From: Hyphomicrobiaceae bacterium
GTDB lineage: Bacteria > Pseudomonadota > Alphaproteobacteria > Rhizobiales > Hyphomicrobiaceae
DNA length: 49,829 nucleotides
Assembly: GCA_035258465.1 (NCBI GenBank)
Contig: DATEVP010000139.1
Location: forward strand, 1-49,829
Reading direction: 5' to 3'
This document shows positions 35,081 to 43,474 of this stretch, piece after piece. A model generated the notes under the pieces. The model did not search any database and was not told the origin of the DNA. It saw only the letters and a program-made list of their open reading frames with translations. Both the position numbers and the translations under genes were made by a program. How positions within the stretch are numbered: position 1 is the first letter of the stretch; the number at the start of each line of letters is the position of its first letter.

Positions 35081-35848
35081 ATGGCCAACATTAAGAGCAA
35101 GCACAGCATCAGCATTCTCGTGCCTGCATACAACGAAGATGTCGTTGTCGGCAGCGTTATCCGCGAGACTTGGGCGATTGCCGATCGATTGATCGATCGC
35201 TACGAGATCATCCTGATTGACGATGGCAGCACGGATGACACCGGTTCGATCATGGACCGTCTGGCGCGCGAGCAGACCCACACGCGCGTGCTGCACAACC
35301 ACCCCAATCTGGGGTTCGGCGCCGCTTACATGCGCGGCGCGGCTGAGGCCAGATTCGACTATCTCATGCTCGTTTGCGGGGATGGGGGGCTGCCGACGCC
35401 GAACCTGCCGGCGATTATTCGGACAATCGGAACGGCGGATATCGTCGTTCCGCACATGCGCAACCTCAAGCAGATCAAGACGCCATTTCGCTATGCCATT
35501 TCGCGCGCGTACACGATTTTTCTAAATCTCCTGACTGGGCTGCGGCTCCACTACTACAACGGTCTTGCGGTGCACCGGCGAGAACTGGTCAACCGGACCA
35601 AGATCAGAAGCTCAGGCTTTGGATTCCAGGCAGAGCTGTTGATCAAATTGTTGAAATCGGGATGCAGTTACGTCGAGATTGGAGTGGACGGCGCCGCTAA
35701 ACACCAGCAGCGGTCTGTTCTCTTGCGTCCCAGGAATATTCTGAACGTGCTCTGGACGTGCATCATCCTGGCGCGCGAGCTTCGCACCTTCAAGGCCGCC
35801 GCTCCCACATTGGCCGAGTCCCACGCCGACAACCGCGCGTCCTCTTGA
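35081..35848 (+). CDS. Family-2 glycosyltransferase, short (255 aa) polyprenyl-phosphate-sugar-synthase-like form
   Basis: ORF 35081..35848 has SILVPAYNEDVVVGSVIRET...YEIILIDDGSTDDTGSIMDRLA. No large C-terminal membrane domain is present. Confidence 0.8.
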   Translation: MANIKSKHSISILVPAYNEDVVVGSVIRETWAIADRLIDRYEIILIDDGSTDDTGSIMDRLAREQTHTRVLHNHPNLGFGAAYMRGAAEARFDYLMLVCGDGGLPTPNLPAIIRTIGTADIVVPHMRNLKQIKTPFRYAISRAYTIFLNLLTGLRLHYYNGLAVHRRELVNRTKIRSSGFGFQAELLIKLLKSGCSYVEIGVDGAAKHQQRSVLLRPRNILNVLWTCIILARELRTFKAAAPTLAESHADNRASS

Positions 35849-35878
35849 GCCCATCTCACCGAACCCAATGGCGATCGT

Positions 35879-36907
35879 TTGAATACCATCATCAAGCTCG
35901 CGTTTACCGCAGCGGTGCTGCTGACGATCGCTTACAAGTTCGATTTCGGGGCGGCGTTGCAGTTGCTGGCGACGGTCCCCGTTGGCGCGCTCTTCGTCTG
36001 CCTGCTCCTGCTGCTCTTGCAGGCCTGGCTCGCGGCGGCCCGCCTGGCGAGGATCGTGTCGCTGTTCGGTCACCGGCTCGGGCTAGCAGCATCGTATCGA
36101 CTGACCCTGCAGGGCATGTTCTTCAATCAGGCATTCATTTCGTTTCTCGGTGGTGACGCGTTTCGCATCTGGCGGATCCACCGCAGCCGGGTGTCGCTCG
36201 CTGATGCGGCCAGCGCCGTCGTTCTCGATCGTGTCGTCGGTTTCGCCGTCAACCATGCTGCTCTCGTCGCGATGCTGCCGTGGGTCTTGGGCGGGATCAA
36301 CAACAACGCGATCGCACTGGGACTCGTTGCACTGGCCGTCGGCGGCCTCGCCGGCATCGCGTTGCTACTGCTGCTGGGCGTTCCTGGCACGCGACTCGCC
36401 CTCATCAATCGCTTGCCGGCGCCATGGCGCACGAGCCGCGCCGCGCTGCTGTCGATCGAGATGGCGACCATCGGCCGGCATGTCCTCGAGGCTCGCCGCC
36501 GACTATCGGCGATCGCCGCACTCAGCGCGCTCGTCGCACTCGTCAACTGCCTCGTCTTCTTCGCCATCCTGCGAGGTTTGGACGTCGCCTTCCCCCTGGC
36601 GCTGGCCTGCGCGCTGCTCGTCCCCGGCATCATGGAGATCGCGCTGCTGCCCCTGTCGATTGCAGGCTGGGGACTACGCGAAGGTGCCGCGCTCCTCAGT
36701 TTCGCGGCGCTCGGGCTTGGTTCGGAGATCGCCCTGGCAGCAAGTGTCGCGTTTGGCGCCCTCGGCCTCGCCGTCGGCCTGCTCGGGGGGATCGCATGGC
36801 TCTTCGACGACCATGGGCGGGCAGCGGCCTCGCCCGCAACCGCAGGCGCTATGCAGCCGGCCGCATCGCGCGCTTGGCCGCGCTCCGAGTCTCGCTCGCG
36901 AGGGTGA
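35879..36907 (+). CDS. Flippase-like membrane protein (UPF0104 / LPG-synthase transmembrane-domain family)
   Basis: ORF 35879..36907 has a TTG start and is polytopic. It carries the conserved segment FNQAFISFLGGDAFRIWR. Confidence 0.7.
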   Translation: MNTIIKLAFTAAVLLTIAYKFDFGAALQLLATVPVGALFVCLLLLLLQAWLAAARLARIVSLFGHRLGLAASYRLTLQGMFFNQAFISFLGGDAFRIWRIHRSRVSLADAASAVVLDRVVGFAVNHAALVAMLPWVLGGINNNAIALGLVALAVGGLAGIALLLLLGVPGTRLALINRLPAPWRTSRAALLSIEMATIGRHVLEARRRLSAIAALSALVALVNCLVFFAILRGLDVAFPLALACALLVPGIMEIALLPLSIAGWGLREGAALLSFAALGLGSEIALAASVAFGALGLAVGLLGGIAWLFDDHGRAAASPATAGAMQPAASRAWPRSESRSRG

Positions 36908-38322
36908 TGCGCATGGCTAGCCGCTCGTTCGCGAACCTACTGGTCGGGACATTCTTCCTGGCCGCCGTCGGAGTCGTTCTCTGGTGGATCACCGACACCA
37001 GCATCACGTGGATGCATCCGGAGATCTTCGGCGCGGAGCGACACTATCTCAACAACGAGCAGCTGTACTGGCGCGATGTGTGGAGGTTTTTTGACTGCAA
37101 CGTGCTTTCGGATGAATGCCATCGGACCCGATTTCTCTCCTATCTTTTGGGCTTTCTCAATCATTACTTCCGGGGGGCGGTGGCTGGCATCATGCCACCG
37201 CATCCGTCTCTTTCCTTGACTTGGCCGCTGTCGTTTGCGGGCGCATATTTTTTCTGGCGCTTGCTGCGTAATCTCACGGACAACGCCTCGGCGGCTCTGA
37301 TCGGCACGGGTCTCTACGTGGTCTCACCCGGCTTTCTGTCCGGCCTCGTGCTGCTGTTCAATCCGGCCAAACCGCTCGCCAGCTTCTTCGTCACGTTCAC
37401 GCTATGGCTCGCCTCCGAGATCGGCCGAAAGGACACTCGGCAAGGTCACCTTGCTGCCGCGCTCTGCGCCGCAGTGTTTCTCGCGTACTGCAGCGATGAA
37501 ACCGCATGGTTTCTGTACGGTGCCATCCCCCTGCTGTTTCCCGGCGTGATCCTCCGGCGGGACAGGCGCGCACTGGCCTTCGGCTTTCTGGCCACCTTCC
37601 CCCTGTTCCTCGCCTTCGTGACCTGGGTCGTTCCCTATTCTGCGGAGTATTTCTGGCGGCATCGGAATTTCGATTTCTGGGGATGGACGTTCAACATCGG
37701 GCGCTCCAGCGTGCCGACGGAAATGTCCCTGCTGGAGCGGTTCGCGCCCGGCAACCTCTGGGTCAATGCGGCAACGATGGCAAACAGCCAATTCGGAATC
37801 GCCGGCCTGGCATTGTGCGGGGCGTTGGCGATCGCGGCTTTTTTTGCGGCCGATGCGAAGCAGCGGCTCCTGCTTGCCCGGAGCGTCGTCGTGCTGTCGG
37901 CCTTCACGGTTTTCCAGAGCCTGCTGCTCCTCCGGCAAGCCAACAGCGTCAGTAATGTCCTGTCCGGAACGTTTTATTACGGCGCGCTGTTTTCGGTCTT
38001 TTCCCTCATCGTCGTCACGATCAGCATCGGCACGCTGATGGGTCGGAAATGGGCTCTCGTGCCGGTCATCGCAGCTTCGGCCTATATGGCGATAGTGTCG
38101 GGCACCTCCTTCCATGACTTCAATGCGCGCTGGATCGCCATCCACAATGACATCTATGCCGAGCAGATTGGGGACAGCTTCGGGCGGCTGGACAAAGACG
38201 CCGCTCTGACGTGGGCGAGAATAGAGCGCTATTGGTCCGCGCGCGGCGACGCATCGAGGCTCCACGCCATGCGAGGGGAGTTCGCACCCAAGGACGCATG
38301 GCTGTTCATCGAGGTCAAATGA
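36907..38322 (+). CDS. Polytopic membrane protein (471 aa), possible GT-C-fold glycosyltransferase
   Basis: This is the in-frame internal start of ORF 36280..38322 at ATG 36907, overlapping the previous stop (TGATG). It has roughly 10 hydrophobic helices and an acidic first loop (...FFDCNVLSDECHRTRF...). The functional call is inference. Confidence 0.6.
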   Translation: MRMASRSFANLLVGTFFLAAVGVVLWWITDTSITWMHPEIFGAERHYLNNEQLYWRDVWRFFDCNVLSDECHRTRFLSYLLGFLNHYFRGAVAGIMPPHPSLSLTWPLSFAGAYFFWRLLRNLTDNASAALIGTGLYVVSPGFLSGLVLLFNPAKPLASFFVTFTLWLASEIGRKDTRQGHLAAALCAAVFLAYCSDETAWFLYGAIPLLFPGVILRRDRRALAFGFLATFPLFLAFVTWVVPYSAEYFWRHRNFDFWGWTFNIGRSSVPTEMSLLERFAPGNLWVNAATMANSQFGIAGLALCGALAIAAFFAADAKQRLLLARSVVVLSAFTVFQSLLLLRQANSVSNVLSGTFYYGALFSVFSLIVVTISIGTLMGRKWALVPVIAASAYMAIVSGTSFHDFNARWIAIHNDIYAEQIGDSFGRLDKDAALTWARIERYWSARGDASRLHAMRGEFAPKDAWLFIEVK

Positions 38323-40685
38323 TCATCGCCGCGCGTCCGAAGCCGCGCTGGATCGCGAGATCTGCACGGCTCCCCTTCAGCCCCCAGCTCGGAATGCTGA
38401 TCGGCGTGATTGTCGCCTGGTCGGCCCTGCACTGGGGTTTTCGCGAGGTGCTCATCTTTCACGACGCCTGGAAACACAACTTTCCGGAAGTCTACGGTGC
38501 CGCGCGCAACAGTGCCTGCGGGCAGTTCGCCCACTGGCTCATGTCGCCCGACACCGGCTCGCCCACCGTGATCTATGCGATCAGCATTTCGCTCACCCAG
38601 CCGATCCGTGCCCTGTTGATGCATTGGTGGGCCTGCAGCCAGCCGCAGCCGTTCGATGCAATGCTGCTCTACAAGCTGCAGATCTTCGTGATCTATCTCG
38701 GTTTCGCGCTCGGCATGTTCGTGCTCGGGAGGGTGCTTTTTCGGCACTGGCTCTCGGCTGCCTACCTGGCGGCGGCGACGCTCTTCTCGGGGTTCTGCGT
38801 CGATAGCGTTCACGCGGACCAGGCCGTGGTCATGGTGTTCTGGGTCCCCTGGTGTGCGGCCGCGATGGCCATGGCCGATCGACATGCCGGGGAGCGTCGC
38901 GGTGCGCTCTACGTCAACTTGGCCGCTCTCTTCTTTTCCCTCGAATTGCTCGATCAGTCTCCGCATCTGGCCAGCCTCGCCGCGGTCTGCGCAGCCTCGA
39001 TCTATGGCGCCATGAGGTTCGAGCGGCTCTGCGGCATCCTGAGGCAATGGCGACGCCTGTGGCCGGCGGCGCTCGTCCTGCTGGTCAGCGCGGCCGATTT
39101 GTATGTCATCCACAGCCGGATCTACGAATATCTGCCCTCGCAGCGCGTCGCCATCACCGTGCATCCGTCGCAGTTCGGACAAACCGGCTTCATTCAGCCC
39201 AGCGCATTTTTTGGCGCGTTTTTTCCGCTGACCTTCACGGCAGCATTCGAGGAAATCGCATCCGGCTACGGTTGGCGCGCGTTCATTTATCGCCTCGACG
39301 TCACCGCGCTTTATGTGGGGACCTTGCCGCTCCTGTTGGTATTCTCGTTGTTTCCCCGGGGCGGCCTGCGCGGTTCGCCGCTTGGCTGGTTGATCTTCAG
39401 CATCGTCATGGTGCTCATCTCATTGCAGACGAGCCGACTCTATCTTGTGCTGTTTCACTTGCCGTTCTTCGACCTGTTTCGCGACTATTTCCACTATTTT
39501 GTCTACGCCGTCGTGGGCCTTCTGGTCGTCAGCGGCCATGGTTTCGATCGACTGATGTACGCCGCGAGGGCCGAGCGCGCTGCGGTGCTGCGCTCGACAT
39601 TGGTCGTGGCAACAGCTGTCTTCGTGGCTGGTGCCGTCGCTCTGGCCGGCGTCGCTTACTATGGCCAGGGCCACGGGCCGGGACTGTGGTCCTATGTGCG
39701 ACCGATCGCCGAGGATGCCGTAATCCTTCTCGTTGCGTTCGGGCTATGGGCGGCGGCGGCGTGGTACCCGAATTTTCGCGCTCGCCATGCCGCGTTGGCG
39801 ATCATGGCGCTGATGGTGACGCAATCGATCCATGCCGCCGGCATCTATAGGCAACTCGGCGAACCGGCACACGCCGCGTTCGATCGCTATCGAATGGACG
39901 AGGCGATGCTCAGGCCCTACAGCGCGGCGGAATGGGCTGATCCCGCGCGGATCAAGCGCGTGCCGTGCCCAACGAATGCTTCCTGCCATTTGGCCCAGCG
40001 CGACGCGGCCTCCGTGAGGCGCGATCTCGAGGGCAGCTTCTTTCGGCATCGGCTGAATCCCGTGTTCCAGGACTCGCTTTCGCCGGATATCAAGGCGGCG
40101 CTTGTCGGCATTACCCATCCGGTGCTCTGGGCGAGCGCCGGGCTGCGACCGGTGCCCTCGGTTGCCGCCCTCAATGCCGAGCTCGAAGCGCATCGCGGCG
40201 ATCTCCGCGGGCAGTTGAGCCGCGCGACCTATCTCATCGGTGCGACCTCGGCAGAGAGCTCCCCGACGCAACCTTTGGTCTCCTTCGCGGACATGACACG
40301 TGGCGCCGATGGCCTCGCCTTCCGTTACCGCGCGGATCGCGCTGCGGTAGCGAACCTCCTATTGACGGCGGCCCCAGGATGGCAGGCGTCGATAAATGGC
40401 ATTCCGACGCCGATCGTGAGCGGGAATCTCGGCACCATCGCGGTTCGATTGCCCGCGGGCGAGGGCGAAGTAGCCCTGCAATACGACGACCCGGCTAGCC
40501 GCTATTTCTTCTGGTCGCGTTGGCTTCTGGCAGCACTCGGTTTCGGGGGCGCCGCACTGCTGGCTCGCCGCAGCGGTTCCCCCGAAGCTCCATCACCGTC
40601 TCGTCGTCCGGCATTCTTTCGGCAGCCCGCTAGCGTGGCGACAGTCCTCCCGCAGCGCCAGCTTCACCGGGAAGAAACCTCATGA
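38319..40685 (+). CDS. Large polytopic membrane protein (788 aa), YfhO-like GT-C-type glycosyltransferase candidate
   Basis: This is the in-frame internal start of ORF 38211..40685 at ATG 38319 (ATGA overlap). It has many TM helices. The C-terminal segment APGWQASINGIPTPIVSGNLGTIAVRLPAGEGEVALQYDDP plus a terminal TM matches the tail pattern I associate with YfhO-type proteins. Confidence 0.65.
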   Translation: MIIAARPKPRWIARSARLPFSPQLGMLIGVIVAWSALHWGFREVLIFHDAWKHNFPEVYGAARNSACGQFAHWLMSPDTGSPTVIYAISISLTQPIRALLMHWWACSQPQPFDAMLLYKLQIFVIYLGFALGMFVLGRVLFRHWLSAAYLAAATLFSGFCVDSVHADQAVVMVFWVPWCAAAMAMADRHAGERRGALYVNLAALFFSLELLDQSPHLASLAAVCAASIYGAMRFERLCGILRQWRRLWPAALVLLVSAADLYVIHSRIYEYLPSQRVAITVHPSQFGQTGFIQPSAFFGAFFPLTFTAAFEEIASGYGWRAFIYRLDVTALYVGTLPLLLVFSLFPRGGLRGSPLGWLIFSIVMVLISLQTSRLYLVLFHLPFFDLFRDYFHYFVYAVVGLLVVSGHGFDRLMYAARAERAAVLRSTLVVATAVFVAGAVALAGVAYYGQGHGPGLWSYVRPIAEDAVILLVAFGLWAAAAWYPNFRARHAALAIMALMVTQSIHAAGIYRQLGEPAHAAFDRYRMDEAMLRPYSAAEWADPARIKRVPCPTNASCHLAQRDAASVRRDLEGSFFRHRLNPVFQDSLSPDIKAALVGITHPVLWASAGLRPVPSVAALNAELEAHRGDLRGQLSRATYLIGATSAESSPTQPLVSFADMTRGADGLAFRYRADRAAVANLLLTAAPGWQASINGIPTPIVSGNLGTIAVRLPAGEGEVALQYDDPASRYFFWSRWLLAALGFGGAALLARRSGSPEAPSPSRRPAFFRQPASVATVLPQRQLHREETS

Positions 40686-41188
40686 CCTGGAGCGTCGTCG
40701 GAGGGTATATCGCTGCTCATTTCCTGCTCTATGTCTGCGTCTTTCGTCACCGAGCGCTTTTCCGGACCGAGCGTGGCATCTTTCTGTTCCATGTCGTTCC
40801 CATGGCGGGCCTGGTGGCGCTGGCGTTCGGAGCCTTCCTTTGGAATCCGGGCCTGGACGGCTTCGCGCTGGTCGTCGGCGCAGGCGCCGCCCATGGCATC
40901 TACAGCCTTTCGTTTCTGGAGTGCTGGCTGTTGTCGGAAGGCGGGTATTCGTTGCGCATTTTGAGCGAGCTTGTTCGACGCGGCGCGGCGACCCCGGCGG
41001 ATCTCGAGCAGCAATTCGTCGATATGAGCGCGAGAAAGAAAATCGGCCGTCTCGAGTCGTTGCTCCATCTTGGTCTCGTGCAAACCGATGGTGATCGTTT
41101 CCGGCTGACACGGCAGGGCATGGCGCTCGCCAATGCCATGACGCTAGTCGCTAACCTCGCCGGTTTCGAAAGGCGTGCTGAACGATGA
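40682..41188 (+). CDS. Small membrane protein with a soluble winged-helix-like tail (168 aa), paralogue A
   Basis: ORF 40682..41188 overlaps the upstream gene by ATGA. It has three hydrophobic segments, then ...RILSELVRRGAATPADLEQQFVDMSARKKIGRLESLLHLGLVQTDGDRFRLTRQG.... Confidence 0.55.
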   Translation: MTWSVVGGYIAAHFLLYVCVFRHRALFRTERGIFLFHVVPMAGLVALAFGAFLWNPGLDGFALVVGAGAAHGIYSLSFLECWLLSEGGYSLRILSELVRRGAATPADLEQQFVDMSARKKIGRLESLLHLGLVQTDGDRFRLTRQGMALANAMTLVANLAGFERRAER

Positions 41189-41649
41189 CCTGGTTGGTCT
41201 TGGCCTTCGGTGGCGTTGCTCTGGCGGTTCTTGGGCAGGCCCTGATCTTGCGCTCGAGCGCTCGAAGCAATGGCATGGTCGCTTTTGTGCTGGCCGGCGT
41301 GCCGGTGGGATTGGCGCTGATGGCAGCACTGCTGCCCGGCTATTCCGCCAGTCAGGCGTGGGCCGGAGTCTTTCTCTACGCATTCTTGTGTGAGCTGTGG
41401 ATGTTCGTGTTTTCGTCGACTTTCAGCAGCGTATCGGCAAACCTGACGCTCCACTTGCGCGCGCAGCCGCTGGGCCGCCGCCATATCGATCAGCTCTACG
41501 ACAATCGCGCGATGATCCATCGCCGCATCCGCTGGTTGCATCATATTCACGCCGTCGTCGAGAAGGACGGCCGGCTGGTGCCAACGGATCGCGGCCGGAA
41601 GCTTGCAGGACTATTCGATGCCGTGCGCGCTTTCTTCGGTCACGGTTGA
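41185..41649 (+). CDS. Small membrane protein (154 aa), paralogue B
   Basis: ORF 41185..41649 overlaps paralogue A by ATGA and has the same architecture. Shared segments are YAFLCELWMF versus YSLSFLECWLL, and VVEKDGRLVPTDRG versus LVQTDGDRFRLTRQG. Confidence 0.55.
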   Translation: MTWLVLAFGGVALAVLGQALILRSSARSNGMVAFVLAGVPVGLALMAALLPGYSASQAWAGVFLYAFLCELWMFVFSSTFSSVSANLTLHLRAQPLGRRHIDQLYDNRAMIHRRIRWLHHIHAVVEKDGRLVPTDRGRKLAGLFDAVRAFFGHG

Positions 41650-41676
41650 ATTTTGCCGTGGGCCGATCGGGTCCGC

Positions 41677-42720
41677 TCAAGCGCGCGCCAGTGGGCGCAA
41701 CTGTTGTCGCTCAGCCTGCCATTTCTGCCAAATGAATGCTGCGTAACCGGGGCCGTAAGGAATGGAGAAACCCTTCTGCTCGAGCATGCGTCGCATCTTC
41801 GGTGCGTTGTAATATGGCATGTCTGGAAGGGCGTGATGCTCGTAATGGTGATCCAGATAGATTGGCGCCATGACAAAGCGGAGGAACCAGCTTCCCTTGG
41901 TGCTGCGCGTCACGCGCCGATCGAATCCGGCAGTCGTGCCATCCTCGCCCGGAGGATAGCTGTGCTCGCTCATCGACCTTAACCGGATCAGTGCTGGGTA
42001 CAGCGTCAGGATCGGCAAAACGTAGAGCAAGAAATAGTACTCGATGCCGGCCGTCCACGTGTACGCCAGCATTACCGCGAGCTGCACGGGGACTGCCGGA
42101 GCGAGGGCGATAAAAACCTCGCGACGGAAGAAGCGAGCGAAAAACCCGGCCGGCTTTCTCGGCATGGGGGTTGAAGATTGGTCCTTTACACCGGCCGAAT
42201 ACTGAAAAAACCGATGGAATGCCGATACCAGGGCGATGTCGCGCAGCCAGCCGCGGAACAGGGAGCTGACGGGTGCCTCCGGCTCACACCACATGCGGTC
42301 GCCATCGCGCTCCGTGTTGAGGAACACGTGGTGTGCATTGTGGGTCGCCTGATGACCATCGCGCGTATAGCCGAGGAATGCACTGGAAACACGGCCAACG
42401 ATGATTTCCCAGCGCTTGTTGGTGAAAAGGCCGGCATGATCGCTGCCGTGCACGATCTGGCCAAATCGATTGAAAATATGCAGGTTCAGCAGCACGACCA
42501 TTATCGCCGTGGCCACGCTCGGATAGAGCATGAGCAGGCAAGGCGAGAGGAATACGAGGAAAACGGAAACGGCGAAGTGCCGGCACGGTACGTCGTTGCG
42601 CAACTCTCGCAATATGCGCAACTCGTCGCGTGAGAATTGGGGCCAGAGGCGGCGAGCGCCGGACCGCGCTTGCGATCCTTCAATTGCGACATTCTCGCTT
42701 GCCCCGCCGCCAATCTTCAT
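41677..42720 (-). CDS. Membrane fatty-acid desaturase-family protein
   Basis: ORF 41677..42741 has a TTG start, and ATG at 42720 (MKIGGG...) is more likely. The three His boxes are HGSDH, HNAHH and HYEHH. Confidence 0.85.
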   Translation of the reverse strand: MKIGGGASENVAIEGSQARSGARRLWPQFSRDELRILRELRNDVPCRHFAVSVFLVFLSPCLLMLYPSVATAIMVVLLNLHIFNRFGQIVHGSDHAGLFTNKRWEIIVGRVSSAFLGYTRDGHQATHNAHHVFLNTERDGDRMWCEPEAPVSSLFRGWLRDIALVSAFHRFFQYSAGVKDQSSTPMPRKPAGFFARFFRREVFIALAPAVPVQLAVMLAYTWTAGIEYYFLLYVLPILTLYPALIRLRSMSEHSYPPGEDGTTAGFDRRVTRSTKGSWFLRFVMAPIYLDHHYEHHALPDMPYYNAPKMRRMLEQKGFSIPYGPGYAAFIWQKWQAERQQLRPLARA

Positions 42721-43474
42721 AGCGCCCCCGCCTCGATTCAATTCCCTTTCACTCGTCGCGCAAATCCGTGGTTACCGCCGCCGGTGCGGAATGGCAATGT
42801 CGCTAACCGGCATATCCGTTGATTATAATCTTTCTCCACCGCCTTTGCGGCAGCGTAGGTATCGTCGACGTGCGATTTCTGGTCCCACGTCGGATAGCTG
42901 ATGCAGTAAGGCCATGCACGGTTCGATGCGGCAAGGGCCTGCCAGTGTGCCAAGAATGCCTGCCGCATGGGTGCGGTGCTCGACTAGCTAGGGGCCTCAC
43001 GTCTGATGCCCAGGTGGATCGCTGGCCGCGCGTGCGGATTGCGGAACTGCACCTTCTCCGCCCATCTGCAACGGTGCGACACCATCGCCTTCGGCGAGCG
43101 CCCAAACGTTTTGATGATACTTGTCGTCCGCAAGAGTCTCGGCTCTTCAACCGCGCTCTCCGAAACACCTACAAACCGTGAACGTGGGTGACGGGCGCCC
43201 GGCGATCGATGGCACCAGCCCAATCAGGAGCCGCAGCACAACGAATAGGGCGAATCCGGAGAGCACGTGTGGGAACGCCGCCAGCAGCGCCGCGCGCGCC
43301 CCTTTCGCAATCCGCGCTTCCTTGCCGAGGAAGTAGGCCCCCGAGCGCCGCCTTACCGTGTCCAGGCGTCAGGGACGCCGGCTTGCAGCGAGCCCAGATA
43401 GACAATCAGCCAGCCGGGCATCGGTCGCGCCGTCACGCTTGTCGTGTCTCACCCACACACGCTAGCCTCGTACC

